A program made the position numbers and the translations under genes. From the NCBI GenBank assembly GCA_029261065.1, contig JAJDCB010000006.1, forward strand, positions 284 to 64,283: a stretch of DNA of 64,000 nucleotides, written 5' to 3'. Position 1 is the first letter of the stretch; every line of letters begins with the position of its first letter. Shown here one piece after another: positions 1-10,500 of this stretch. The notes below the pieces were generated by a model. That model ran no database searches and was not told the DNA's origin. It saw only the letters and a list, made by a program, of their open reading frames with translations. This DNA is from Candidatus Omnitrophota bacterium. Lineage in GTDB: Bacteria; Omnitrophota; Gorgyraeia; Zapsychrales; Zapsychraceae.

Positions 1-365
1 ACTTCTCCCACAAACTGAGAGCTCATCCAAAGCCCAATAATAGCAACATCTTTAAACCCTTCTTTAAAACGTTCAACAGCTTGTTGAATCTGTTGCTTAT
101 GAACCGAATCACTCACAGGATTTCCTTTACAATCCTCATGTCCGACAACAACAATGACCTGAGAATTATTTTTTTCAATGGAAATGCTTACCTTTCGAAC
201 CGAATCTTCAATAGAATTATTAACATCAGCCAAAAATCCATCCATCCCAGGCTCAGTAACCATATCAACATAATCAACCTTGTATTGCTTTTTGATCCAG
301 TCAATAACAGGTATTTGAAACCTTCCATCTATACAATTTAAACATACCGCCCTTGTTGTACTCAT
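1..365 (-). CDS. beta-carbonic-anhydrase-like protein. 5' part only; the gene runs off the window start.
   Basis: I translated the minus strand by hand from the ATG at 363-365: MSTTRAVCLNCIDGRFQIPVIDWIKKQYKVDYVDMVTEPGMDGFLADVNNSIEDSVRKVSISIEKNNSQVIVVVGHEDCKGN..., open to position 1. CIDGR and GHEDCKG resemble the beta-CA Zn-ligand motifs (CxDxR and HxxC). It is absent from the ORF track because no stop falls inside the window. The plus-strand ORF 81..341 is antisense to it. Confidence 0.45.
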   Translation of the reverse strand, partial: MSTTRAVCLNCIDGRFQIPVIDWIKKQYKVDYVDMVTEPGMDGFLADVNNSIEDSVRKVSISIEKNNSQVIVVVGHEDCKGNPVSDSVHKQQIQQAVERFKEGFKDVAIIGLWMSSQFVGE

Positions 366-392
366 AGTTTTATCCTTTTTTTAAAAGCCGTA

Positions 393-815
393 TTAATTAT
401 CAACTCTTCTCCAAACAAAATAATCCAAATCATCCGTCGCGCTAGATTTTATCACAATTTGGTTATCGGTTAGAAAAGAAATATCCCAATTAAATGTTTG
501 GTCACGAACTTTCATCTCCAATATTAATGGCTTATCAGCTCCTGATGAAACTACGCTATAATCTAACGTCAATGTGTTCTCACCTGTTTTCACTTCTAAC
601 GTTTTATCTGTATAGACATATTGCACCTCTCCCATTCTCTGTAAAATGATGGGGAGTGCTTTTTCGATATTTTCATCCCACTGTGGACTGTCCTTAACAT
701 TCTCTTCTGACGCTGCTTGATCTAAGACCCATGTACCGATAATGGGGGCGGGTTGCGCATAAGAAAATGTAACAAGCATAAACATACTTACAAAAAAAGT
801 CACAAAGATTTTCAT
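393..815 (-). CDS. secreted hypothetical protein (signal peptide; lipocalin-like GTW start)
   Basis: N-terminal hydrophobic signal MKIFVTFFVSMFMLVTFSYAQP followed by a soluble beta-rich sequence. No catalytic motif recognised. Confidence 0.5.
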   Translation of the reverse strand: MKIFVTFFVSMFMLVTFSYAQPAPIIGTWVLDQAASEENVKDSPQWDENIEKALPIILQRMGEVQYVYTDKTLEVKTGENTLTLDYSVVSSGADKPLILEMKVRDQTFNWDISFLTDNQIVIKSSATDDLDYFVWRRVDN

Positions 816-837
816 TTTTCATCCTTTCATCTAAAAA

Positions 838-1758
838 TTAACTCTTATCTAGTGCTTGGCGAATAGCATCGTGGGCATTCAATAAGTTCTGTTTAATAAT
901 ATTTCTTATACGATTATCTTGGCAAACAACACGATTTTTTAATCCTTCCGTCAAAGGTCTAGCAATGTAACTTGGAATTGGTGTTACAAGATGAATCCAT
1001 AACGAGCTTAGATACGGTGTTAAGACAGGCACTGGTATAATCCATCTTTTTCTTAACCCTGCGATCTCTGCATAAACTTCAATAAGATCAGCATACGAAA
1101 GAATTTCATCCCCCCCAATATCATAAACCTCTCCTATCGTTTCTTCGCATTCTAAAGAACAAACTAAATAAGTAATAACATTTTCAATAGCAATGGGCTG
1201 GCTGGGCGTCTTCACCCAGCGTGGTGTAATCATGATAGGTAACTTTGTAACAAGATGTTTTAAAATTTCAAAAGAAACACTCCCCGCGCCAATGATCATT
1301 GCGGCACGAAGAACTGTTGTAGGAACGGATCCTGCCATTAAAATATTCGCAACCTCATGACGAGATTTCAGATGCTTACTTAAATTCGCCTCCGACTCTC
1401 CTAAACCTCCTAAATAAATAATACGTTTAACGCCACATTCTTTTGCTGCACGAATCATATTGTTTGCAGCATTGCGATCATCTTCTTCAAAATCCGAACT
1501 TCGTGAATTCATTGAATGAACAAAATAATATACGTAATCAACATCTTTGCATATACTTTTTAGAGATTCAAAATCTAAAACATCAACTTTTGATATCTCG
1601 ACACCAGAGGTGTTAAACCAAGCTGCTTCTTTTAGTTTATTAACAGTTCTCCCGGCGGCTTTAACCTGATAACCTTTCTCTAAAAGAATCGGGACAAGCT
1701 CGCCTCCCACGTATCCAGTTGCCCCTAAAACTAAAACTTTTTTATTTTTGACATTCAT
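838..1758 (-). CDS. NAD(P)-binding atypical SDR / NmrA-epimerase-like protein
   Basis: N-terminal Rossmann motif VLVLGATGYVGGELVPILLEKGYQV (GxxGxxG). The ~300-aa length fits NAD-dependent epimerase/dehydratase-like proteins. Confidence 0.65.
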   Translation of the reverse strand: MNVKNKKVLVLGATGYVGGELVPILLEKGYQVKAAGRTVNKLKEAAWFNTSGVEISKVDVLDFESLKSICKDVDYVYYFVHSMNSRSSDFEEDDRNAANNMIRAAKECGVKRIIYLGGLGESEANLSKHLKSRHEVANILMAGSVPTTVLRAAMIIGAGSVSFEILKHLVTKLPIMITPRWVKTPSQPIAIENVITYLVCSLECEETIGEVYDIGGDEILSYADLIEVYAEIAGLRKRWIIPVPVLTPYLSSLWIHLVTPIPSYIARPLTEGLKNRVVCQDNRIRNIIKQNLLNAHDAIRQALDKS

Positions 1759-1761
1759 ATA

Positions 1762-2121
1762 TTATCGTCCACTAACAGGATTCCTTGGCCATTCATCAAA
1801 AACAAATTCCGGTTTCATCAATGATTCGTAACCAGCAGGTTTTTCAAAAGGAAAACTAACAACATCCCAAGCTCCCGAACCTGCACGCTTAATACCTTCG
1901 ACCATTCCCCACACCGTCCCTGAAGCAATCCAAACTAAAATATGATCCGTTTTCTGAGCCCCTTCAATCCAGTAAGCCCTAGCCTGCTTAGGAATCTCAA
2001 CAGGAGACGATACAATATTTACCAAACCTCGCCACAACTTTTTCGTTGGAGTATTCTCAGCACAAACATTTGATATACACAACAAACTTATCATTAAACT
2101 TAATGATAAAACTTTTTTCAT
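1762..2121 (-). CDS. small secreted protein (signal peptide), function unknown
   Basis: MKKVLSLSLMISLLCISNVCA signal peptide. Sits 3 nt downstream of the SDR-like gene on the same strand. Confidence 0.45.
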   Translation of the reverse strand: MKKVLSLSLMISLLCISNVCAENTPTKKLWRGLVNIVSSPVEIPKQARAYWIEGAQKTDHILVWIASGTVWGMVEGIKRAGSGAWDVVSFPFEKPAGYESLMKPEFVFDEWPRNPVSGR

Positions 2122-2124
2122 CGT

Positions 2125-3486
2125 TTACTCCAGTCCTAAAATTTGTGTGATCATAAATTTATAGCCACAAATAATCAATATTACAGAAATTAAGGATATC
2201 ACGGCCCCTGCTTTGATCATATCTCGACTTCTTAACATATCTGTTGAAAACGCAATCGCATTGGGTGGTGTTGAGACAGGTAACACCATCGCCAAGGAGC
2301 AGGACATAGCAATTGTAACCGCCAATATAACACTGCTCTCCCCAGGCACAGCAACGGCAACGGGAATTAAAAGAGTTGCTGCAGCTGTGTTACTCATAAA
2401 AGTCGAAAGCACAACAGCTAACACACAGAATATTATAACGAGAATCATCCCCTTTTGCTCAAACAAAGGCAATGAGACAACCAAGTCAGCAAAACCACTT
2501 AATTCCATACCCTTTCCTAAAGCCAACCCACCCCACATCAAGATTAATACATCCCAATTGATTTGTTTAAAATCATCTTTTTTAAGCAGTCCCGTAAAAG
2601 AAAATAATCCTGCCGCTAACAAAGCAACAACAGCTGAAGGTATTTTGTGAAAACTTGATGTTAACCATAACAAAATCGTTAAAAGCGCTATAGCCATAAC
2701 TTGGATAACTTTTGAATTAATCTTTTCTTTGTAAGTAATATTTAAATGCAGTTCTTTAGACGAAGAAGGATAAAAACCATAAAGAATAGCACTTGCCGTA
2801 AAAAGAAGTATACCGGCTAAGGGCAGGGCCATTTTCATCCAAGAGAAAAAATTGATATGAATATTTCGTTCCGCTAGTATTCCTATGGCAATGGCATTGG
2901 GCGGCGTACCAACAGGTGTTGCCATACCACCGATAAGAGCAGAAAAAGGAATCGCTAAGATCAATCCCGTTCTAAAGGGATCTTCTTTATCCATCTGTTT
3001 AAGAAACGGCATAACCATCGCAATCATCATCGCTGTGGTTGCCGTATCAGACATCCACATAGAGAGCGAGGCTGTTGTGATCATAAAGCCAAGCATAATA
3101 AAATAAGGTTTTCGACCAAAAACTTTTAATAACTTTGAAGCCACAAGCCGATCAATGTTGTATTTATTCAGGGCATGCGCCAAGATAAACCCTCCAAAAA
3201 AAAGGATAAGGATAGGATTTCCGAATTGGGATAAGAATACGTCATATCCAATTTGTTCCATACCCTCTAATTTTCCAGGAAGACATAATAAAAAAATCTC
3301 AAGAAGAACAACGAGAATGGATGTCGCATAAAGCGGAATAATTTCAAAGGCCCAAAATAAGGCTGCAATGACAAAAATAAACAAAATACGGCTTACGGGT
3401 TCAGGGAGATGACCGGATGATAAGACATAACATAGGCTGGCGAGCCCTATAGATAAAACGGATTTTACTGTTTGAATTTTAGACAT
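2125..3486 (-). CDS. DASS/SLC13-family (ArsB/NhaD superfamily) anion:Na+ symporter
   Basis: 453 aa and polytopic. Repeated hairpin-tip motifs typical of DASS transporters (TPVGTPPNAIA, VSTPPNAIAF and MSNTAAATLLIP, matching the SNT signature). Confidence 0.6.
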   Translation of the reverse strand: MSKIQTVKSVLSIGLASLCYVLSSGHLPEPVSRILFIFVIAALFWAFEIIPLYATSILVVLLEIFLLCLPGKLEGMEQIGYDVFLSQFGNPILILFFGGFILAHALNKYNIDRLVASKLLKVFGRKPYFIMLGFMITTASLSMWMSDTATTAMMIAMVMPFLKQMDKEDPFRTGLILAIPFSALIGGMATPVGTPPNAIAIGILAERNIHINFFSWMKMALPLAGILLFTASAILYGFYPSSSKELHLNITYKEKINSKVIQVMAIALLTILLWLTSSFHKIPSAVVALLAAGLFSFTGLLKKDDFKQINWDVLILMWGGLALGKGMELSGFADLVVSLPLFEQKGMILVIIFCVLAVVLSTFMSNTAAATLLIPVAVAVPGESSVILAVTIAMSCSLAMVLPVSTPPNAIAFSTDMLRSRDMIKAGAVISLISVILIICGYKFMITQILGLE

Positions 3487-3601
3487 TGTAAATTATCACG
3501 TATCACTTCTTTAATTCCTTACTATTTGACTTCCCCACTATACCATAGACACAAACCTATACTATCATCACCTTTTGAATAAAAATGGCCGCAGAACGAT
3601 G

Positions 3602-3841
3602 CTATTTCTTAAAAAATAAACGCATCTTTTTTGGTTGTTTATTATCATTAGACTCGCGATGGCATATATCATAAAGAACCTTCCGCTCAAGATCATCATG
3701 AATATGCTCATTTAAATCCGCTTCTTGCCAATGCTTGGCATCGCTGATAATGGTATCTGCGACAGCTTTCAAATCCTTGTAATTTTTTTGAGGCAACGAT
3801 TTTTTAAGTATCGACATAATTTCTGCTTCAGAAAAAATCAT
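3602..3841 (-). CDS. hypothetical small protein
   Basis: 79-aa ORF with no recognisable motif, co-oriented with its neighbours. Confidence 0.3.
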   Translation of the reverse strand: MIFSEAEIMSILKKSLPQKNYKDLKAVADTIISDAKHWQEADLNEHIHDDLERKVLYDICHRESNDNKQPKKMRLFFKK

Positions 3842-3863
3842 ACAAATCCCTCCTTTCGGATCA

Positions 3864-4316
3864 TTACTTAATAATCACATGCCGAACATCTCTCACTTGT
3901 AAAAACTCTGCTCGCGTGTATGTCTGCTTTTTTGCAATCCATGGCAATAGTAGGGCAACAATTACAAAACACATAACAGAAATCGTTATAACTTTTCTTT
4001 TAAAGGGTTGGGGACATTGTTTTGTCCCAAAAGTGACGGCTTTTATCCAGTTCCAGTGCAATATTAAATGAACGATTAAAACAATCAAAAAACCAAAGGC
4101 AATCCAGAAATGAATCTCCCCCCATTCATGACGTGTTAGTCCCATAAAGACATCAATTGTTTTTTCAATCCCCCTACCGCTCCCTCTTAACAACATCTCA
4201 ACACGTCCACTCCCCGGAGGTAAAATAAATTTTAATAATAGCCCTGTGGAAATCATCAACATAAAAACCACGAAACTTATCGCATCGATAACAATATTCC
4301 AAACATTTCGTTTCAC
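3864..4316 (-). CDS. integral membrane protein, unknown function
   Basis: 150 aa with about four hydrophobic helices (FVVFMLMISTGLLLKFIL, IAFGFLIVLIVHLILHW, VMCFVIVALLLPW). Confidence 0.45.
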   Translation of the reverse strand: MKRNVWNIVIDAISFVVFMLMISTGLLLKFILPPGSGRVEMLLRGSGRGIEKTIDVFMGLTRHEWGEIHFWIAFGFLIVLIVHLILHWNWIKAVTFGTKQCPQPFKRKVITISVMCFVIVALLLPWIAKKQTYTRAEFLQVRDVRHVIIK

Positions 4317-4328
4317 GGAAGCTCCTTT

Positions 4329-5492
4329 TTAGTCTCTTGTCATCTTTGCTGATATTCCAATCGGCGTTTGATATTTATAAACAACAATGTAACTAGATGC
4401 AATAAAGGTTAAAATTGTAACAAGTTGTATCAATTGTGCGGCTTCCATACTGATATGATTTAATTCAAGCGCTAATATAGCCACCAAGAGTGAGAATTCA
4501 CTTAATTGCCCCAGTCGTATTCCCGTCTCTTTGGCAAAAGAGATCTTTTCTCCAATAAAAACGAAGGCCTGTTTAAAAACCCAAGGTTTCATAAAAATAA
4601 AAATCACGGCAAGGATAACCCCTGGAAAAAGAATATTTTTCATCACCAACAAATCAAACTTTGCTCCCAACGTAAAAAAGAATAAAACTAAGAAAAAATC
4701 TCTTAAGGGTTTTAATTGATCTGAAATAAAACGAGCAATAGGATGTCTCGCAAGAACTACGCCAGCAAAGAAAGCTCCTGTCTCATAAAAAAGACCCATA
4801 CTGTTTGATATCATGGCAAGACCACAACACCAGGCTAGTCCCATAACTAATAAGGCCTCATGAAGCCGTTCAATACTCAACAACACCTTTCTTAAAATAT
4901 AATATTCAACAATAAGAAGAATGCCGATAAAGACGACAAGCTTAAACGATAAAATGGTAAAACTCAATATCGCTCCGTCAGGGGCATTTAGACATCGTAT
5001 AAAAGCAAGCACGGCGATAGCCAACAAATCTTCTAACACTAAAATTCCGATACAGACCTCTCCCATTCTCCTTTGATGCAGATCTGTGGTGGGTAATAAT
5101 TTTACAACTAAAATCGTACTGGAAAACATCAACGCCAGACCAATACAAAGGCTGTCTATGATACTAAAATGGAATGCAAAGGCAAAAAGGGCCGCAATCA
5201 AAAAAGACACGAGGCAATTAACAAAGGCCACCAATGAAACCTTCCTAAATAGTTTGATTAGTTTTTGAGGATGTAAACATAGGCCAGCTAAAAATAAGAG
5301 AAGCGTAATACCAAGATGCGAAATCGTTTCTATAAATTCCACATTTTGAATCCATCCAAGCCCCCATGGTCCAATGAGAATCCCACTAAGAACATAGGCG
5401 ATAATAATAGGCTGTTTAAAAATAATCGCCAGGTACGACAACACAGCTGTTGTTAAAAGAAGAATACTTAAGTCTAAAATAAATCGTTCCAT
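4329..5492 (-). CDS. cation:proton antiporter (CPA2 / Kef-NapA type Na+/H+ exchanger family)
   Basis: 387 aa and polytopic. The N-terminus LLLTTAVLSYLAIIFKQPIIIAYVLSGILIGPWGLG is typical of Na_H_Exchanger (CPA2) proteins. Confidence 0.7.
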   Translation of the reverse strand: MERFILDLSILLLTTAVLSYLAIIFKQPIIIAYVLSGILIGPWGLGWIQNVEFIETISHLGITLLLFLAGLCLHPQKLIKLFRKVSLVAFVNCLVSFLIAALFAFAFHFSIIDSLCIGLALMFSSTILVVKLLPTTDLHQRRMGEVCIGILVLEDLLAIAVLAFIRCLNAPDGAILSFTILSFKLVVFIGILLIVEYYILRKVLLSIERLHEALLVMGLAWCCGLAMISNSMGLFYETGAFFAGVVLARHPIARFISDQLKPLRDFFLVLFFFTLGAKFDLLVMKNILFPGVILAVIFIFMKPWVFKQAFVFIGEKISFAKETGIRLGQLSEFSLLVAILALELNHISMEAAQLIQLVTILTFIASSYIVVYKYQTPIGISAKMTRD

Positions 5493-5509
5493 GTTTTAAA
5501 ATCCCTTAT

Positions 5510-6274
5510 CTAAATGATTCCACTTAACCAAACACCTGCCAAATAAGCAAGAAAGGCGGCACTTCCTCCGATACACAATGTTTCTAATCCTGATATATAC
5601 CAACGATAGTTGATAAAGCGAGCTTTCACGGCTCCGACACAGAAAAATGCAACGCCTGTCATCAACGCACTCACAAAATAGGGATCCACATTTGTTTTTG
5701 GAAACATCCATTGATATACAAAAACCAATAAAGGAATAACACCAACAATCATAAATGCAAAAAAGGTTGATAAGGCAGCCTTCCAGGGGTTAGGCCCCTC
5801 AAGAGCCATCCCAAGCTCTTCTGTCAGCATCGTATCAATCCATGTTTTAGAATCAGAAGTAATAATATTAACAACTTTTTCAAGATCAGCACCTTCAAAA
5901 CCTTTGGAAGCAAAAATTTGCCGGATTTCTTCTCGCTCTCCTTCTGGAATGACCTTGATATGAATCTCTTCTTCTTGTCTGGCCTTCTCGCGCAGCTGTT
6001 CCTCAGCACGTGTTCCTAAAAAGTTACTTGCCGCCATACTAAACCCATCTCCAATTAAATTCGCCATTCCAAGTATAATGATAATATGACTTGATAAACC
6101 AGCCCCCGCCACACCACTCACAACCGCAAACGTTGTAACAGCACCATCAATGGCCCCATAAATAAAATCTTTTAGATAACTATGCTTAACGCCATACTCA
6201 AGCCTTTCTCTTACGGCCAAAGGCGTATGCGACAATTTCAATGATTGTTTAAGATTATGCTTTTTTGATTTCAT
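5510..6274 (-). CDS. VIT1/CCC1-family iron/manganese transporter
   Basis: YGAIDGAVTTFAVVSGVAGAGLS is the VIT-family signature. There is a central coiled/acidic segment and a C-terminal group of three TM helices. Confidence 0.7.
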   Translation of the reverse strand: MKSKKHNLKQSLKLSHTPLAVRERLEYGVKHSYLKDFIYGAIDGAVTTFAVVSGVAGAGLSSHIIIILGMANLIGDGFSMAASNFLGTRAEEQLREKARQEEEIHIKVIPEGEREEIRQIFASKGFEGADLEKVVNIITSDSKTWIDTMLTEELGMALEGPNPWKAALSTFFAFMIVGVIPLLVFVYQWMFPKTNVDPYFVSALMTGVAFFCVGAVKARFINYRWYISGLETLCIGGSAAFLAYLAGVWLSGII

Positions 6275-6547
6275 TTTTATTAGTTTTAATTTTTTATATA
6301 AATCTTATAAATCAAATAAATATATGTGACAAGAAAAATACTTCCATAACAATACCACTCTAAACTTAAAATTGCAGGCCATATCTTTGCGATCAATAAA
6401 GCACAAGCCAATACACAAATTTTAAGAATCCCAACATCCCAAACCGTCATCTTTTTTATTTTTTCTTCAGCCCATTTGAAATAACTCATTTTAGCCCCCC
6501 TTTTTTATACAAACATTATATCTCTCAACTTAGCACCTTTCATGATT

Positions 6548-6748
6548 TTAACCTCTGATGATTTTTCTGACCCTATTTTTCCCTTGCTTTTTAAGATTAA
6601 TAATTTTATCTCGCAAAACAGCTGCCATTTCATAATTTTCCACCTTAACGGCATTGTCTATTTGTTCTTCTAAATCAAAAAGCTGTTCTACCTTTTCTAA
6701 CTCTTGCTTTATCTGAGGATCAAACTTATTCATATCATAAAGTTTCAT
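6548..6748 (-). CDS. UVR-domain small protein
   Basis: The 66-aa ORF ends in a UvrB/UvrC-type UVR motif (YEMAAVLRDKIINLKKQ). Confidence 0.5.
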   Translation of the reverse strand: MKLYDMNKFDPQIKQELEKVEQLFDLEEQIDNAVKVENYEMAAVLRDKIINLKKQGKNRVRKIIRG

Positions 6749-6750
6749 GA

Positions 6751-7059
6751 TTAACCTCCTCTCGCCGTATAGGTTTCAAGACATCTCAAAAATTTGTAAA
6801 CTCGTTTATCTAAAATATAATAATAACGAATATTATTATCTTTATCACACGCCAACACACCAACATTTTTCAAAGCTGTTAGATGTTGGGAAACCGTTGA
6901 TTGCGCCACTTTAAGTTTCCTTTGAATACTTCCAACTGAAAGTCGCTTTTCATTAATTAAAACCATTATAATTCTCAACCTTACTGGATGAGCCATTATT
7001 TTTAGCATCCGTACAGAAAACTCAATATTATGTAACCTTACTTTCCTCATGATTCTCAC
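6751..7059 (-). CDS. ArsR/SmtB-family metalloregulator (HTH)
   Basis: MLKIMAHPVRLRIIMVLINEKRLSVGSIQRKLKVAQSTVSQHLTALKNVGVL is the canonical ArsR wHTH. Confidence 0.8.
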   Translation of the reverse strand: MRIMRKVRLHNIEFSVRMLKIMAHPVRLRIIMVLINEKRLSVGSIQRKLKVAQSTVSQHLTALKNVGVLACDKDNNIRYYYILDKRVYKFLRCLETYTARGG

Positions 7060-7423
7060 GCGCTCCCGTCATGTGACGCGATAAATTTTGATCAAGGTGT
7101 TCTAAAACACCTGTAACATCTTTATCATTTGTCCTACAGACTTTAATCCCAGAGTGAATCAAACTATTGAGCATCTTTCCCTTAATTTCAGGACTAATAA
7201 CAGCATCAATGTGTTGTTGTCGCATGGTTTGACGTGGACTTCCTGCAAGATGATCATGATGATGCCGATGTTTATTCTTAATGGTTCTTAAATAATGCAA
7301 GTTTGTATCATAGATAACAAAATAAGGCACATGGGCAAAGTTAGGCACGACCCTTGCCTCGTAACCCTCATTTGTTTTTGTTGGAATGCAGACTCGCATC
7401 TTAAACCACCTTTGTAATTTCAA
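7028..7423 (-). CDS. NifX/NifB-like dinitrogenase FeMo-cofactor-binding family protein (Nitro_FeMo-Co fold). The likely true start is the internal MRVCIPT near 7399.
   Basis: MRVCIPTKTNEGYEARVVPNFAHVPYFVIYD... matches the N-terminus of NifX/NafY/NifB-C domain proteins. It overlaps the ArsR gene by 32 nt, which suggests an operon. Confidence 0.55.
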   Translation of the reverse strand: MKLQRWFKMRVCIPTKTNEGYEARVVPNFAHVPYFVIYDTNLHYLRTIKNKHRHHHDHLAGSPRQTMRQQHIDAVISPEIKGKMLNSLIHSGIKVCRTNDKDVTGVLEHLDQNLSRHMTGARENHEESKVT

Positions 7424-7524
7424 ATATTAAAATATTCAAATATTACTTATCTCCTACTTTCATTATAAAATAGACCAATGATATGGGTATTCGCTAAAAT
7501 ACATAGAAACGTGCGTAGTTCTAC

Positions 7525-10500
7525 TTAAGAAAGAAGTAAGTCTACAATCAAAGGAAGGTGATCTGAGGCTACTTTATCGAGTTCTGTTTTAGAAACTTCT
7601 GCGTGGACAACGCTAACTTCTCCGCCAATAAAGACATGATCGATACGACCCACGGGATAATGACTAAACCACGTTGCCAAAGGACGATGATTATTTAAAA
7701 CATGTTGGGAGTCATGAAGTTTTTGGGTAATGCACCGGCATACGGGGGAACCTGGTAAGGCATTAAAATCTCCACACAAAATAATTGGACCTTCACAAGC
7801 ATGGTGTTCTAGCCAATCCGGTCCAAGTAACGCCTCAGCCTGCCTTAAACGCTCTAGACGTCGTAACCCAAGGTGCGTATTAATAACCTGTACTCTTATA
7901 TCATCAACGTTGATTGTAGTCCATATCGCCCCACGAGGCTCAAGATCTGGACGTCCAGGTAAAATAGGTAGTCGACCAGCATACATTGTTTTGATAGGAT
8001 ACCGACTAAGAATAGCATTACCATACCGTTCTTCTTCAATGCAAATAGCGGGATGAAAATGATACATCATCTCTAATTGTTTAGCAATAACATGGGGCTG
8101 GTTTATATCGCCTGTACGCGAACGATTCATATCTAATTCCTGCAGGGCAACAATGTCCGGTTCATGCCTGGCAATCACACGAGCAATCCGCTCTGGCGAT
8201 GTTTTTCCATCCATACCTCGACAACTATGAACATTGTAGGTCATGATACGAATCTTTTTCGTTTCTGGACTTATTGAAGAGGATTTCACAGAAAGCATAG
8301 ATTTCTTAGGTTTCATCCTTCCTAAATGTTGCAATGCTAGCTCCCTTAAATCTTTTGTCTTTAAATACGTTTTTTCTTTTGATAACGAAACAATATCTGC
8401 CGGAAGTAAAGTAAACGCATTTGTCTCCTCTGTTCCCACCCCTGCATGAGCTCCATTTTCAATAGGAAAACTTATCGGTGTCTGCCCTGGCCTCCATCCT
8501 GAAAAAGTAAAATCGCCAGCGTCTGGATGATGACAGATAGCAATCAAATCCTGTGTTACGTCGCTAAGATAAGGATGATTCTCTCCTAAAACTTCTTGTG
8601 CCTGCGCGGGTAAAATAAATTCGCCTCTTTCATTGAAAGCCCGCACTTGCCCCTCTTCTTCTGGAAACAAAACAAGAGGAATTTTGGCCTTATGTACAAG
8701 CTGACGAGAAAAAATGCATTTGTCTTCTTGATTTAGTTTCGTTGGCAGATAAATATTTCCCGTCGGCCCAATGGCCGTTACTGTAAGTTTATTCTGAGCA
8801 GCATGCTTTTGAGGAGAAAAAAGTTTTTGTAGATATGGACTTCCCAAATAACTTGCTCGATGAAATTGCACTCCTCGTCTTGTGGCTTGTTCTTGAAAAC
8901 ATTTATCCAGATCATCATCCAAACGTCCAGGTTCTGTTTTTTTGTTGGAATGCTTAAAAGCACTATAAACCTCTGTAACCGCCTCATGAACCCTTCTTCC
9001 ATATTCAACGGTGTAAGACAAGGTGTCTTCTTGACCATGGTCGGAATATATCCAAACATCGTAACTTCTTCGCGTAGAACTCATGGCATTTTTGTAAATA
9101 TCACCAATCGCTAAATCAATTCCTTTAAGAGCCCAATGAGCAAATTTTGTGGATGGTCCTCGACGATGGGCCTGTTCATCGAAGCCTAATAGATTTAAAT
9201 GAATAATAGGCAGACCTCTTGCAACATCAATCTTAACGCCAAGGGTTATCAGTTCTCGCAATAAAATACAAATCACAGCACGGGTGGGGACAAATTTAAA
9301 TTCTTTGATAAAGTTTTCTCCTTGAAACAATCCACCCAGAAAGTCAGCAAACCCTAAAACCAATTCCAAAATGATTAATAAGATAATACGTATCAAAGCC
9401 AAAAAATGGGTGAGGGCTAACACGATTAATTTAAAGACATTAACATCTTTCCATATCCGACTTAAACCCAATGAGACAGCACAAAAATGAGCTTCTTTGG
9501 CTCCCCCCTCATAAATATTCGAATAAGAACTCCCCCCCTCTAATAATCCTGTTTCCTGCTCTTTCAAACGTTGTTCAATTTTTTGGGCATCATCGCCATC
9601 AAACATCGTAAAAACTTTATTCTCGCTCTTGTCAAAATAAGAAAAAGCCGGAACAATTTGTTTAACACCATAAAATAATTCTCCTTGAACCGCAGGTGTA
9701 CTCGAAGGTAAACCTGTGTATAAAGGATAACTGTTATAATGTTGATTATTTAATAAACCTTTTAAAAAAGGCATTTCATTATTTTTAATAGCTTTTTGTA
9801 ATTGATGTCTCGAAAACCCATCAATTTGAATAAGAACCAAACCAGCCTTTGTCTCCTCCTCTTTGGAATGTGACAAATTAAGAAGACGCGCCGACCATTC
9901 GTGTTTATTGCACCATCGATTCCATTTTAAGATCCAATGCCTTTTTTTATCCTTTCTCGTCTTTTTAACATTAAAGGCCCTTTCACTAAAAGCGGCTTCA
10001 GAAGCATTTGTCAAATTTTTTGCCATATTCCATTCCGTCTTTATCCGAGACATACTGATTTTCCAAAGACTATTATGAATGTCTCGAGAGACAACGTTTC
10101 TGGACTTAACCTCATTGTAAAGGTTTATAACTTGCCCCGCGCAATGAACATTAGAATAATTCTGTGCTGATTGTCTCGCCGCCCTTTTTATCTTTTCCAT
10201 TTCAGAATGTGATTTGTGATAACACCAAGATAACGCTGATACAAATGTTTCTTGATGTTGTTCATGAATCAAACGGCCATTGAGACCGTCACGCAGGATA
10301 TCTCTGACACCTTGCGCATCAAGGGCAACGACAGGAACAGATGATGCCATAGCTTCTAAAAGAACAACGCCTTGCGTCTCACTCAACGAAGCAAAGGCAA
10401 AAACATTCATCGCATGATAACTATCCACTAATTGTTGATCTCTTAAAACGCCTGTAAAATGCAATCGATTTAAATCATCTTCCTTTAAAAAAACCTGCTT

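Noticed and set aside
81-341. Plus-strand 86-aa ORF (low-complexity, N/I-rich)
   Set aside because: It lies entirely antisense to the better-supported minus-strand beta-CA-like frame (1-365) and has no start context or motif.
2213-3106. Plus-strand ORFs 2213-2650 and 2885-3106
   Set aside because: They are antisense within the DASS transporter gene, with Ala/Thr/Ile-rich mirror translations typical of shadow ORFs.
5496-5711. 71-aa minus-strand ORF overlapping the 3' end of the VIT1 gene
   Set aside because: It is an alternative frame of a well-supported gene and has no independent signal.
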